NCBI RefSeq assembly: GCF_030684315.1
Contig: NC_081382.1
Coordinates: 15,854,592-15,918,591, forward strand
DNA length: 64,000 nucleotides
Direction: 5' to 3'
DNA from: Stegostoma tigrinum
Lineage: Eukaryota
Shown: positions 35,120-48,350 of the stretch, one piece after another
How positions within the stretch are numbered: position 1 is the stretch's first letter
Layout: each line of letters begins with the position of its first letter
Position numbers and translations under genes: made by a program
The notes under the pieces: generated by a model
The model's database searches: none
The model's input: the letters and a program-made list of their open reading frames with translations, nothing else
Told to the model about the DNA's origin: nothing

Positions 35120-36900
35120 TTGAGGCTGGCTATGACCAGCCTATATGTTGCCCAACATCAGGCCATTGTCTCAAGGCCTGACCCACTGGCATCAGCAACC
35201 TGCACCCATTGTCCACAGACAGTGGCATCCAATGTTTGCCACCCCCTCATGATCAACTTGACACTTCTCCACTCCAATTGCATGGCACTGAGGAAGCATA
35301 GGTGTGCATTGCAGGATGCTCTGACAGCTGATGTGGAAAGGCTGCTGCAAGGATATTTGGTGCACGGGAACAGCCACAGGGTGTAAAGTTTGGTTTGTTC
35401 CCTTGCCCTGTTAGCACTCATTCACTTGGCGCCTAACTGCACGCTCACAGCACTGACTTGTCTTGGTGTACTATGCGAAGTAGCACAGTCAAACCAACAT
35501 GAGTTGCTGCATTGCCACAGGTTCTGGGCCATGAGGATCATTGCAGCCCAAATACCTGCCTGCTCCTGCTCCACCCCATGTATGTGGACAAAGTCCCAGA
35601 TTGTTGACACCACTGTGTCCTCTCCTGCCTGGTACCAGACAATCGTTTGAGTGCTAGGTTGCCTTAGCCAGGTACAGAGCTGTCATGGTGTGCTGCTCAC
35701 TAGACAGTTCTCCAAATTTTCTGTTTCTGCCGAGGTGTCAGTGTCTGAGCTATTGGAGGGTACAGGAGGGAGCCTTGCTGATGCCTCCTTGATGCCTTGG
35801 GATTCTCATCCTCAAAGGTCAAGAAGCCGGCTTCTGGTGGAGCCACTTATTTCTCTGCCAACATATTGGATGTGCAGAAATTCTTGCAAGACTCAAGGGA
35901 GAGAAGACATTGTTAGGAGCAATGTGCAATGACTGAGACTGACATTGGGGTTGCAGTGAAAATTGCAATGGAATGAGAATAGTATTTCTTCAGTTGGAGG
36001 GATATGGCAGTCATGCTCCCCACACCCTCCAGGAGTGGTTGGCTGTTCGGAGAGGCTCAGGAGTGATGTTGGGTACACTTCCTCCCGTCTGGGCTCTTTT
36101 TGCCCTACTGTGATCTGGTTTTCCCTGAACAGGGAGAAAGGGAGAATTGAGTTGAAAGAGGGTGACATGGCTGTTTGTACCAGTGTAAGTGGTTAAAAGA
36201 TGCTGAAGTGTCCCAGGTGTGCGAGGAGGCAGTACAGAGGTCATGCAGGGCTAGTGTCATGGGAGGCTGGGGGGAACGTGAGTGAGTGATGGAAGATGGC
36301 ACCTGTATTAGTGAGAGTGTCAGAGCATGAGCCTTGATAAGAGGCAGGCATAGTACCAGAGATGGAGTGAATGTGAGAAGGTATTACAGCGAAGATGGCA
36401 ACACTGACTCTGGTGGAGTGGAGAGAGTCATTGATCTCTTTACAATGCTGGAGATCACACTGACCCCTGGGTGGCGACCCTGGACCAGACTGCCAAGGGC
36501 TGGTTGTGTAATTTCCTCTGCCAGGCTTCCAGGCAGAGAACACTTCTCCACATCACCATCTCAACCAGGACCTCTCGATTCCTGTTGGAATATCATTGCA
36601 CTGTCCTCCCCTTGTCTGACATGTTTAGATTCCATCTTCAATGGAGCAAGGCAGCTTCAGAATGCCAGTGCTCATCCAATACACAGTGGCATTTTAAATA
36701 CGATGCAGGCACTGGGGACGTTGGTCATTTAGCAGACATCCTGTGAATGGTGAATTGCTGTGGGAATGTTATGCGGTAAGATGGGGGTAAAGTTACATGT
36801 GATGGACACTATAAGGATGAAGTAGGTAGTTAATGAGGGAAGTTTAGAAAGATACAGTTAGAGATCTCACTCAGCCTCATGGCAAGGATCCCTCCATAAC
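35120..36900 (-). mobile_element. Decayed PIF/Harbinger-type DNA transposon fragment with Myb/SANT-like gene
   Basis: From ATG at 36622: MSDKGRTVQ*YSNRNREVLVEMV...AVWSRVATQ/..QHCKEINDSLHSTR. After a GT-AG intron (36408-36125) it continues GKPDHSRAKRAQTGG. This fits the Myb/SANT-like trihelix protein of Harbingers. Outer boundaries are approximate. Confidence 0.6.
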
Positions 36901-38887
36901 CCTCAGCTTCTCAAAACAAAAAGTTGTAAGGTTCAGATCAATATATTTATAGACAACGAATTACCTTGGTTATAGGGAAGACCAACAGCATCCTTACAAG
37001 TCAAAACCATCAAACAAGAAGTTATTGCCTTCACATCTCAAGTAACCATGTCTAGAGACTTCCTGGAAATGACCTTGTCATTAACACAGGGAGGTTTAAC
37101 TTTGATACAGATACCAGTCTTTCTAGGTAGTTCGATGCTTGTTTCAGCTTCTATACAACTGAGATATTGAGTTATCAGTGATGTCATATCCACATAAGGA
37201 ATATATTTTTAGCTGGATGTAACCGATGACCTTACATAAATGTATGATCCTTAAGTTTGCTTGGGATACATTTAGTATCAATCTAAAAGTTTCTGCAACT
37301 CATAGGAATACAACATTTTTATTCATCATCATTGTTATCCATTGCAAAGAATAGGTTTCATGGTATGTCTCTATCTGTCTCAGGACAGAAACAAAGCCAA
37401 GTATACATAAGCAATTATACTCAGGAAACCCTTCTGTACATTCAGGAAGCTGTTTAGAAAGAGTTTCATCGTCTTCTCGAAATTTCAGAATTCAAGAGCT
37501 CTAATTAATTAGAACATTCTGTGACTGAAAGAAACAACTAACCATTTTACCAGAACAGTTATGTTTTCCCAAATGCAGTAAATGGCACATAGTTAATTAT
37601 GTTGTTTGTTGGCACTGAAAACAGGTTGATTTTTATAAAATATTGGTGTGGCACTTACAGTAATATTGAAAGTGGAATTATTCACTTGCCAAAATTCCCA
37701 GCAACATATAAATAATTCACTTGTTAAAAGGCATTCATTTTGTGCTTTCTGCATTAGGATAGAAAATAATTGATAGCAGACAGTATTCTGTTGCATACTA
37801 ATAGATCAATGCTAAATACACTGGACTAGGTAATGCCTTCACCCACTGTTTACTTTTTGCTACAAAATCAATCTCGTACAGGTTCAAAAACAAAATGCCT
37901 GGAGTTTAAATTATGCTTCTACTTGTAAACATCATGGGTATCTTCATGCAAGAACAAGGGCATTTCATCCATCATGCCTGCACCAGTGCTTATTCCTTCT
38001 GAAGCTACATATTTGCATCACATTCCATTTCCCTGCTCTTTTATTGTACCCCTTTCTGTTTCTCTCCAACAACATATCTAAATTAAATGTTAAATTCCAT
38101 TATTGGTTTGATTTCAATAGAAATAATATTGAAACATAGAAAAAGGAGCTGGAATGGGTCATTTGGCTCTTCAAGCTTACTCCACCATTGATTGTCCAAC
38201 TTAATAATACCCTCGCCCCATTTTCTCCCCATACCCAGATCAGGAGCAATCATATCAAGCAAAATGAAGTGTTTTCAGCCTTTCTGCTTCATTCACAGAG
38301 GCAAACAGAATAATAAGGTGATTAGGCCATGTAGTGAACAGTCCTTTAATTGCAGGGTAACTTCAATGCAGATCCTGCAGGTGAGTTTCCTTTCTTTTGT
38401 TTTGGAACATTGTATCACGGTTTGCCAGCAGACCTTTTAGTTTCAGTTTCTGGACAGCTGTAGAGGACTCTTGCAATGGCAGCTATTGCTCCTACTGAGG
38501 TCCAATGCATGCGGTAGTAAATGACTGTCCCACTCCACTTTCAGACACTGGGCTACCTCCAACGATGTCCCAATTGTGTAATATCATTTCTTCTATTGGA
38601 GCTTGGATTTTTGACAATTGACATGTGGGTTTATTTTTGCGAAGGAATGTAATAATGACCTAGATCAGTCTGTCTGCAACCAATACTTAAAACATGCAAA
38701 TGTCGGAGAGCAGGTGACTGCATTGCCTTCTGGAGTGATAATGGAAGTTAATTTACACTGTGAGGCTTATAACAGGAGAGAGGAAATAATAAGACATTAG
38801 CTTTAGCTGAATTGAGGATGAGCATGTCTTTTCTGAAAAAGAAGGGCTCAAAAGCTTTTAGGTTCAATTCAAAGGATATCTGACCAA

Positions 38888-38992
38888 AAGCAAATACAAA
38901 ATCAGAAATTGCTGGAAAAGAGCAGCAAGTCTGACAGCACCTGTGAAGTGAAATCAGAGTGAACGTTTCAGGTCTGGTGACACTTCCTCAAT
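38888..38992 (-). mobile_element. Short PLE derivative (family 2), degenerate hammerhead
   Basis: Minus strand TTGAGGA-A-GTGTCACCAGACCT-GAAAC-GTT-CACTCTGATTTCAC...GTGCTGTCAGAC. Confidence 0.65.
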
Positions 38993-39169
38993 TTTCTATC
39001 CATGTTAGTACCTTGACTCTGGCCCTTATCTTACTCAGCAGCCTCCTGTATGGCAACTTGTCAAGTTCAGCTAGATAACATCCATTGGCTCTCCTTTGTC
39101 TAACCTGCTCATTACCTCCTCATAGAATCCTAACAGATTGGTCAGACTTGACTTCCGTTGACTTTTAAC

Positions 39170-40370
39170 GGCCAAGGCCAAGTTAATCAGCCTGTAATTT
39201 CCTGACTTTTGCCTTACTCTCTTCATTAGCAATTTTCCAGTCCTCTGATATCCTTCCTGGCTCCAGTGATTCTGGAAAGATCACCACTAATGCCTCCACT
39301 ATCTCTTCAACTATCTCCTTCAGATCGCTGAGGTATCATCTAACCATTCCAGGTGATTTATCCAACTTCACACCTTTCAGTTTTTCTAGCACCTTCTCCT
39401 TGGTGATGGCTGAGGACTGACGCAAAGTACTTATTCAGTTCTTCTGCCATTTCTTTGCTCCTCATTACTGGGCCGCTAGAAAGTGATGCCAATGAAGTAA
39501 TGTCCACTCTTGCCTTTCTTTTTCCCTTTACATACTGAAAGAAAGTTTACATTCTTCTTTTATATTACTGGCTAGCTTACCCTCATATTTAATCTCCTCC
39601 CTCCTTTTTTTTTAGCTGTCTCTGTTGGTCTTTGTAGGCTTCCCAATCCCCTGGCTTCCCACTGCCCTTAGCTGCATTTTATACTTTCTCTTTTGTTTTT
39701 GTACTGTCCCTGACTTCCCTTGTCAGCCCTTGTTGCCTCATTATCCCTGTACCATGCTTCTTTTTTCTAGGGATAAAGGTTTGTTGTGTCTCCTGAATTA
39801 CTGCCAGGAACTCCTGCTTTTGCTGTTCCACGGTATTTCCTGCTAGGCTCCTCTCCCAGTTAATTCCACTCAGCTCCCTCGTACCCCGATATTTGCCTTT
39901 ATTCAGCTGTAATACCATTGTACCTGATTCCAGCTTCTCCATCTCAAATTTCAGGGTAAATTTTATCCTATCATGGTCACTACCTCCTAAAGGTTCCTTC
40001 CCCTTTAGCTCTCTTATCAAGTCTGCCTCATTGCACAACACTAAATCCAGAATTGCCTGTTTCCTAGTGGGCTCCACCACAAGCTGCTCCATAAATCCAT
40101 CTCATAGGCAATCCAAAAGCTCCTTTTCTTGCAATCCATTACCAACCTGATTTTCCCAGTCCACCTGCATGTTGAATTCCCCCATAATCACCGTAATCAT
40201 GCCTTTCTTACGCACCTTTTGTCTGTCCTGGTATATCTTGTGCCCCAGATCCTGACTACTATTTGAAGGCCTATACATAACTCCCTTTTTTTTTATCTTT
40301 GTGGTTCCTTAACTCTACCCACATAGATTTGAAATCATCTGACACTGTGTCATTCCTTGCTATTGAGTTG
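39170..40370 (-). mobile_element. CR1 LINE fragment, APE endonuclease region onward
   Basis: EQLVVEPTRKQAILDLVLCNE...EPLGGSDHD (APE domain C-terminus), with degenerate downstream ORF2. Confidence 0.85.
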
Positions 40371-41399
40371 AAACCTGCATTGGGCATGCAATGCTGAGAA
40401 AGTTGATCTCAGTTGTGTGAGTAGTCAAGGGAGGAATCCTCACAGATCACAGGGCAGGAATCAGAAAGACCAATTAAGTCAAACATATGTATTTAATAAG
40501 GAAGGACATTTTCTCTGGATTTTGAATAATTGTAAAGTGATATTGTTGGGGATTAAACAGGATTTTGTTTTTCCATTGTTTTAAAACATTTTCAACTGTG
40601 TGATATTTCGATAGGTTTACTGATTTTATTCTTTGGTTGTGTTGCGAAATATTGCATTGTTAAAATCAAATCTACAGCCTGTGGTCTTACGTTTCAGAGA
40701 AAGGCCATCACTTAAAGTTAAATAAAAGTCAAAACATAAATCTATTAAGCCAGATTTAATTCTGTGATGTGCCTTTCCAGAAGTAACTTCAGTTGCGATC
40801 ATTAATGCAATGTATTACACAGCTAATGAACCACATTATACTTTGAAGTTACAGCCTATGAAATCAGTTATCATTGACACACAAAAATGAACAAATGTTG
40901 GCTGAGGGAGATGCAGGATCTCGTTTTGAAATGATACCCTGAGATTGTTTACTTCCACCCAAACAACAGCTAAATTATCACCTATGGTGTCTCTGCTAAC
41001 TCTGCAGCCTCTCAGTGTTGTCCTGAAATGTAGGTATTTGGTATTATAATGTTGCAATTGTGTTTGAACCTGTGAGCTGCTAACTGAATCAACCTGTAAT
41101 TTAACCCTCGGCCTATCAACATCCTTCGATCATATCTTGTATTATTCACATAGTCCCAATGAATCAGTAAGAATGTGATGGTGCCTTAGGTCCTTTTGCT
41201 GATAACAAATGCAATTCACAGATGAATGCTAGTGTTAGAGACATGGAAGTTACAGCAGGAGTAGATGATTTGGCCCTTCAAGTCTGCACTGACATTCAAA
41301 TAGATATTGGCTAATCTTCTATCTCAATGCCATTCTCCAGTATTACCCCTTGTTCCTTGATATAATGTAAAAATAATCTTGAAATATTTAACCAGGTCA

Positions 41400-42910
41400 G
41401 GTTATTCCAACTATGTATCAGGAGATATAGTTTGGAAGGAGGGAGGGAGTTTTGCATGGAAAAAATTAAAGGACGGAAGGGCTCAGCAGACGTTTTTATT
41501 CAAGTTTCCAAAAGAACTAATAGAGTGTGTTGAAAGGCCTAGGAATCTAACGTTAGGCATACCAGATAAGAAGACAGCTATGAGAGGATGGTGCAGTCAG
41601 TGCAGGACTGACGATGTTGTATTTTAATGCAAGAGGTGTACAAGCCATGGTAAATGAGCCCTTAGAGCGGAGTGAAATGGGCAAGTACAATGTTGTGGGT
41701 ATCTTAAAAACGTGGCTGTAAAGGAATCAGGGCTGGGAGATAAATAGCCAAGGATATTCATCCTATCAAAAGGACTGGCAGATTGACAAAGGAGGCAAGG
41801 TTGCCTGTTAGTAAGAAATGAAATTAAATCAATAGCAAGAAGTGATATAGAGTCAAAAGGCTTGGAATCTGTATAGGCAGGGTTGAGGTGCCTCAGGAGA
41901 AAAACCTTTGATGGGATTTGTGCGCAGGCCCCCTAGCAGGAGTCAGAATGTGGGGAAGAAAATAAATCAGGCGATAACGAAGCCATGTAAGAAAGGCACT
42001 TTCATAATAATCATTGCGGACTTCAATATATAGGTGAACTGGGAAAATCAAATTGGTAGTGGATACCAAGGAAAGGAATTCATGGAATGTCTATGAGATT
42101 TTGTTTGGAGCAGCTTGTGGTATTTTCCACTAGGGAACAGACAATTCTGGATTTAAAGATGAGTAATGAGGCAGACTTGATTAGGGAGATTAAGATGAAG
42201 GAATTCTTAGGAACCAGTGATCATAATATGATAGTGTGAGATCATGCACTTTGGTTGGGAGAATAAGAGCTGTAGAATATTTTCTAAATAGGGAAAGGCT
42301 TCAGAAATCTGAAACACCAAGGGACTCGGGAGCCCTTGCTCAGCATTTTGTTAAAGTTAACATGCAGGCCCAGTTGGCAGTTGAAAAGGAATATGCAACA
42401 TTGTATTAATTTCAAGAGGACAAGAATACAGGACCAGAGATGTGCTACTGTAGCTGCATGAGGCAGTGTTCAGACTGCATTTAGAAGGAAGGGGTGGTGG
42501 TGCGAATATCATTGAAACCTATAGAATATAGAAACTTATAGAATAGGACTGGATAGAGTGGACATGGAAAAAATGTTTCCACCAGTATGAGAGACGAGGA
42601 CCTGAGGGCACAGCCTCAAAGTGGTGACGACCCTTTAGAACTGAGATGAGGAAGAATTTCTTCAGCTAGAGGGAGGTGAATCTATGGAACTCATTGCTGC
42701 AGAAGGCTGTGGAGGTCAAGTCATTCAGTGTGTTTAAGACAGAGATGGAGAGATGGATAGTGGATAGATACTTGATTAATAAGAGGATCAAGGGTTACAG
42801 GGAGGAGGTAGGAAAATGGGATGGGAAATAAATCAGCCATGATCAGTTAGCGGAGCAGACTCAATGAGCTATATTGCTTAATTCTTCTCCTAAATCTTGT
42901 GGTCCTGTGG
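41400..42910 (+). mobile_element. CR1 LINE fragment(s): endonuclease region joined to late RT and 3' end
   Basis: Decayed APE motifs (GGACTTCAAT, CAATTCTGGATTTA, AGTGATCATAATATG) to about 42235. Then an abrupt jump to ATCATGCACTTTGG (MHFG) and GAGATGAGGAAGAATTTCTTC through the 3' UTR. Confidence 0.8.
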
Positions 42911-43789
42911 ATTTTAAGACGTCAACCTGCTTTTTTTTAAACTGTCTGGTTATGTTCAATGGTAGAGTAGACCAAATGCAATTTGAATCAATTAAACTCG
43001 TTTTGATTGAAGGTAATAAACAATAACAACAAGCTGCAAATTATATAGTATCTCTAACATAATAAAATGTCTCAGGTTCCTTAATACATTGAAGAATTTA
43101 TAACAGAAGATGATGCTCGATAATTGATTACTGGCTTTGTGGTGCACAAGAAGTCTCTTATTTGTTAAGTTTGTTTTTAAGTCTAAGGTTCAAATAAGAC
43201 CAGTAATTATTGAAGAAGAACTGAATGTGAGAAGGTGTTGGCATTTTGTAGTCTTGATCGATTGCAGCACAAATGCTGAAGGTGCTCCTACAGGTGCTGA
43301 CAGCAGTGGTACTGGTACTGCTACTGCTAAACATACTGTCTTTCCCAAGAGCTCCCCTCCATCCAAAGCATGAATATGTTTTGTGTTTCTATGTCAGTCT
43401 GCCTGTGTGCAGGTGTTTAGAAAGGAATTAGCATTTCAACAAACAGAGGTATACTTTGACAGTTCATAGTTTTGTTTACCTTTGATTATAATTTATTTAT
43501 TTGTCATAGACAGTTGTTCTTTTCAAGCATTAAAACCGAGTCAGTGTTTTCAGTTAACCTGATTCCGTCAGATGGGTAAAGTGAGAAATTAGAAAATTTT
43601 GATTAAATCCGTAATTTCTGCCGTGTCTGAGGCAGTGGTGGGTCTTGGGTATCAATGCACTTTTCCCAAGTGGGCTGTAACATAACCAATAGTTATAGAG
43701 AATATGGGCAAAGCATTTAGACTGCAGAGGAAACCTAAGCTCATTAAATAGTAGAATTGGTTCTACTCCTGTTCTGATGATTATGTTGA

Positions 43790-46650
43790 ATGTCATGGGG
43801 AGATATTTAAATTCTTTCTTTGCTGGAGATGGTCATTCTCTGACAATTGTGTTACATGAATGTCACAAATATTTGTGAGATCAAACCTGGATGTTTTCCA
43901 GGTCTTGATCAAGGTGGGCATGCAATATTTTTGTGATCCACAAGATCACAAATGTGTCAGAATATTGTTACATCATCAGCAAGCATCTCTGCTGTTAACT
44001 TAGTGATTGATGGAAGACCACTGATAAAGCATCTGCCCATGATGGGACTGAGGACATTGCCTCAGTGAACTCTAGCATTGATGATGTAGGTTTAAGATAA
44101 TTGGCCTCTAACAACCTTGACAGTCTTTCTTTGTGCTACATAGACAATAGAATAGAATATCTTTTACTGTCACGTGCACTTGAATGGTGCAGTGAAAGCT
44201 TGTAATGTCGCCTTTCGGCACCATCTTAGGACCAAGGTACAGATACTTTTAAGTGTAGTTACAGGTTTAAAAAAAGTGTTGTTACAATTTTAAACAAAAT
44301 AGATTCGCATGGGAACAGTTGAAAAAGTTCAGAATGATAATAAGTGACAATAAGTGCTTAATGGCTCTAGACATTGGAGATGTTTCCTTCTGATTTCCAT
44401 GAACTTCAATTTTATCAAAGTCAGCCATCATTGCTACAAACACTGCCTTCATGTCAAAGGACTCACACTAGAATTCAGCTCTTTTGTCCATATTTGGTCT
44501 GAGAATGTAATGAGGTCTGTAACTGTGTGGCCCCAATAGAATGCCGACTAAACTGTGATAGAACATAGAACATAGAAAAGTACAGCACAGTACAGGTCCT
44601 TCGGCCCACGATGTTGTGCCGTGGAATAATCCTAATCCAAAAATAAAATAACCTAACCTACATTCCTCTCAATTCACTGCTGTCTATGTGCATGTCCGGC
44701 AATCACTTAAATGTCACTAATGACTCTGCTTCCACAACTTCCACTGGCAAACTATTCCACGTGCTCACAACTCTCTGGGTGAAGAGCCTCCCTCTGACGT
44801 CTCCTCTATACCTTCCTCCTAACACCTTAAAACTATGACCCCTCGTGGCAGTCAATCCTGCGCTGGGGAAAAGTCTCCGGCTATCGGCTCTATCCATGCC
44901 TCTCATTACCTTGTACACCTCGATCAGGTCTCCTCCCTTCCTCCTTCTCTCCAGAGAGAAAAGTCCGAGCTCAGTCAACCTCTCCTCGTAAGACAAGCCC
45001 TCCAGTCCAGACAGCATCCTAGTAAAATCTCCTTTGTACCCTCTCCAAAGCCTCCACATCTTCCCTATAATAGGGCAACCAGAACTGGACACAATATTCC
45101 AAGTGTGGTCTCACCAGGGTTTTGTACAGCTGCAGCATAACCTCGCGGCTCTTAAACTCAATCCCCTGTTAATGAAAGCCAAAACACCATATGCTTTCTT
45201 AACAACCTTATCCACTTGGGTGGCAACGTTGAGGAAGCTATGCACTTGAACACCAAGATCCCGCTGTTCCTCCACACTGCCGAGAATCCTGCCTTTAATC
45301 CTATATTCAGCATTTAAGTTTGACCTTCCAAAATGCATCACTTCGCACTTATCCAGGTTGAACTCCATCTGCCATTTCTCAGCCCAGCTCTGCATTCTGC
45401 CAATGTCTCGCTGAAGCCTGCAATAGCCCTCGATACTATCAACGGCGCCTCCAACCTTTGTGTCATCAGCAAACATACTAACCCACCCCTCGACCTCCTC
45501 ATCCAAGTCATTTATAAAAACTACAAAGAGTAGAGCCCAAGAAGAGAGCCCTGCGGGTAGGTGTTCATTACTGAGTTAGTGCCACTCGATAGCCCTGTCA
45601 ATGCCACCTTCAATCACTTTTTTGATGATTAAAAGTAGACTGACGAGGCAGTAATTGGCCAGATGGAATTTGTCCTGAGATTTGTGGACAAGACATACTT
45701 AAGCAGCTTTCTACTTTGTAGGTGGAAGCCCTTATTGATGCTGTACTGGGATATCTTTGCTGGAAGGATGACCAGTTGTGAAACGTAAGTCTTTCACGCC
45801 ACAGCTGGGATATTTTCAAGTCCTAAAGGGTTTGGTGTACCCAGGGTACTCAGTCATTTTTTGCAATCACATATATTGAACCGGCCACATACTGGCATCT
45901 GCAATGGTGTGATTTTCAGTATGTACCAAACATGGATCATTCTGTTGTTATTCTGTCTGAAGATGGCAGCAAGCTTCAGTTTCACTCTTCACATTCATGT
46001 TGGACTCTACCTTTATAATGAGACATTTACATTCTTATGAGTGAACAGCAACTTTTCTGAACGTAATTTTATACAGATGATATAAAGATCTCGTACGTTT
46101 AGTAGCTATTCTTGGAGTGATCACTTGATTACCTTCGAGGATGTGAATATTCATGGTGCCTTCTCCTTCAGTTGTTGTTTAACTGTCTGTCACCATTTAC
46201 AATTAGATGTGGCAGGCCTGCAAAGCTTTGATCTTTTCCATTGATTGTGGATTTACTGAGTTCTCTCACTGACATGCACGTTTCTGTTCTTCAGCATGCA
46301 TGTTGTCCAATCTTGCATTTTCATCAGGATGGCACATGATTTTAAAGTATATTTTGTGCCCTCCAGAACATCCTCATCCCTGCTTCTCATTGAGCCATAT
46401 TTGGAATCTTAAACTTGGGGTAACAGTGCAGTGGATGCTTCAATATGCCATGAAATGACAGATTGTCACAGAACAATATTCATTCTGCTGCTGTTGGCCC
46501 ACTGTGCCTTGTAGATGCCCTCTGCTGGTGGGGCAGGACCCACTCAGGACATGAGATGGAGGCCTTTGGAATTTTGCTTACTTGTTATGACACCATTGAT
46601 TATTTCTGGATATTGTCTATAAGTCAGCTCTCCCAGTTTTGCTATAGGTG
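43790..46650 (-). mobile_element. Old LINE (CR1/L2 group) remnant interrupted by a younger CR1
   Basis: Colinear degenerate similarity to 48900-49810 plus 53592-53770. Confidence 0.55.
44559..45557 (-). mobile_element. Younger CR1 LINE, RT C-terminal 1 kb
   Basis: MFADDTKVGG...WAEKWQMEFNLDKCEVMHFG...DLGVQVH and RGRLFTQRVVSTWNSLP; (TAGAACA)n tail. Confidence 0.95.
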
Positions 46651-46656
46651 CATAGG

Positions 46657-47296
46657 TGTGATGATATTATGGTTTTAAGAGAAGTGTTTTGTCTTTTTTT
46701 TGAAGAAAGGTTGAAACAGTGATGACGAGCAGTCTGCTCAAAGCCAATAAAGTAAATAGCTTGAGGGCTTAGGGTTTTTTTAAAGTTGGAACAACGGAAG
46801 TAGCCTGAATGGCTGAGGTCAAGCTCCGACAGAACCAGGATTTTTAGTTTTAGTTTTCTGCAGCTGCTGGGTCCTTGAAGCTAGATATGGAAGCTTTTCT
46901 TCGTCTCCCTGTTATGGCTAAAAGCTGGGTTTCTATTCCTCCTGCTAAAATTACATGTGAGACATCCTGTTTTACTGCATTTGCCTTAGCTAACGGTGTG
47001 TTTATAAAATGATACTTTTTTGGAACAGTTAATTATTAGTAGTTAATATACATATTATTTTGTCAGGCATTTTGATGGAGTTACAGTTAAGGTAATTCTT
47101 TTCTTTTATTTTTATTTTGTCTGTATTTTAACTGTGGTGTAAAAATAAATGTGTGTATTTGCTTAAGGTTGATAGTTTGACCTATTTAATTGCATCTGGA
47201 ATGCAACACTTTAGGCTTACCTTTTAAATAGGAAAACATTAGGATCTGGACTATCTTCTTAATATATTTTGAGGGGGTTTGGTCTGGTCCATCACA
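46657..47296. mobile_element. Probable solo LTR
   Basis: 640 bp bounded by the 7-bp inverted termini TGTGATG...CATCACA, with an internal AATAAA and no ORF. TSD not clearly preserved. Confidence 0.6.
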
Positions 47297-47397
47297 ACAG
47301 AAGTTAGTAAGGAAGCCTATGCAGTGTGAATAGGGCTGAGTGTGCCTTAGATGTATCCAAACTTAATGCCAAGTGACCTGTTCAGCTTTATTATTCT

Positions 47398-47809
47398 CTT
47401 CCCCTCCACCCACTGTATCCCAAAACCAGTCCAGCCTGTCTCTGCCTCCCTAACCTGTTCTTCCTCTCACCCATCCCTTCCTTCCATCCCAAGCCACACC
47501 TCCATCCACTACCTACTAACCTCATCCCACCTCCTTGACCTGTCCATCTCCCCTGGACTGACCTATCCCCTCCCTACCTCCCCATCTATACTCTCCTCTC
47601 CACCTATCTTCTTTTCTCTCCATCTTCGGTCCGCCTCCCCCTCTCTCCCTATTTATTGCAGAACCCTCACCCCATCCCCCTCTCTGATGAAGGGTCCAGG
47701 CCCGAAACATCAGCTTTTGTGCTCCTGAGATGCTGCTGGGCCTGCTGTGTTCATCCAGCCTTACATTTTATTATCATGGATTCTCCAGCATCTGCAGTTC
47801 CCATTATCA
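47398..47809 (+). mobile_element. 5'-truncated PLE 3' end, full tail
   Basis: Near-identical to 18110-18520; hammerhead core 47684-47711. Perfect 15-bp TSD CAGCTTTATTATTCT (47383-47397, 47810-47824). Confidence 0.95.
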
Positions 47810-48007
47810 CAGCTTTATTATTCTTGTGTGTCTTTTATTTTTGCAGTTTTAAACAACTCAATAACATGCAAGGCCATTTCAGAGAACAATGAAGTGTCAT
47901 TTACTTTGCTGTGGTTTTGGAGTCACAAATAGATTGGACTATTAAAGGCAGTAGATTTCCTTCATCAGTCAATGATGAGTCAATTAGGTTATTTAAAACA
48001 ATTCAAA

Positions 48008-48350
48008 GGAGGAGAGACAATGGCTTAGTGGTATTGTCACTGGAAAGTTAATCTAGGTAATGCTTTGGGCACCTGGGTTTGAAACCCTCATGGCAGATGA
48101 TAGAATTTGAATTCAATAGAAATTATAATTAAGAGTCTAATGATCACCATGAATCCATTGTTGATGTTGGGGGAAGAAAACTCCATCTGGTTCACTAATG
48201 TTTTTTTAGGGAAGGAAACTGCCATCCTTAGATGTGACTCCAAACCCCCAGCAATGTGATTGACTCTTAACTGTACTCCAGATAATTAGGGACTGGCAAT
48301 AAATGCTGATCTAGCCAGCAATGCCCACATCCTGTGAATTGAAAAAAAAA
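48008..48350 (+). mobile_element. tRNA-derived SINE (family of 5581-5897)
   Basis: TGGCTTAGTGG A box, GGTTTGAAACCC B box, shared body, tail ending in poly-A. Confidence 0.8.
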
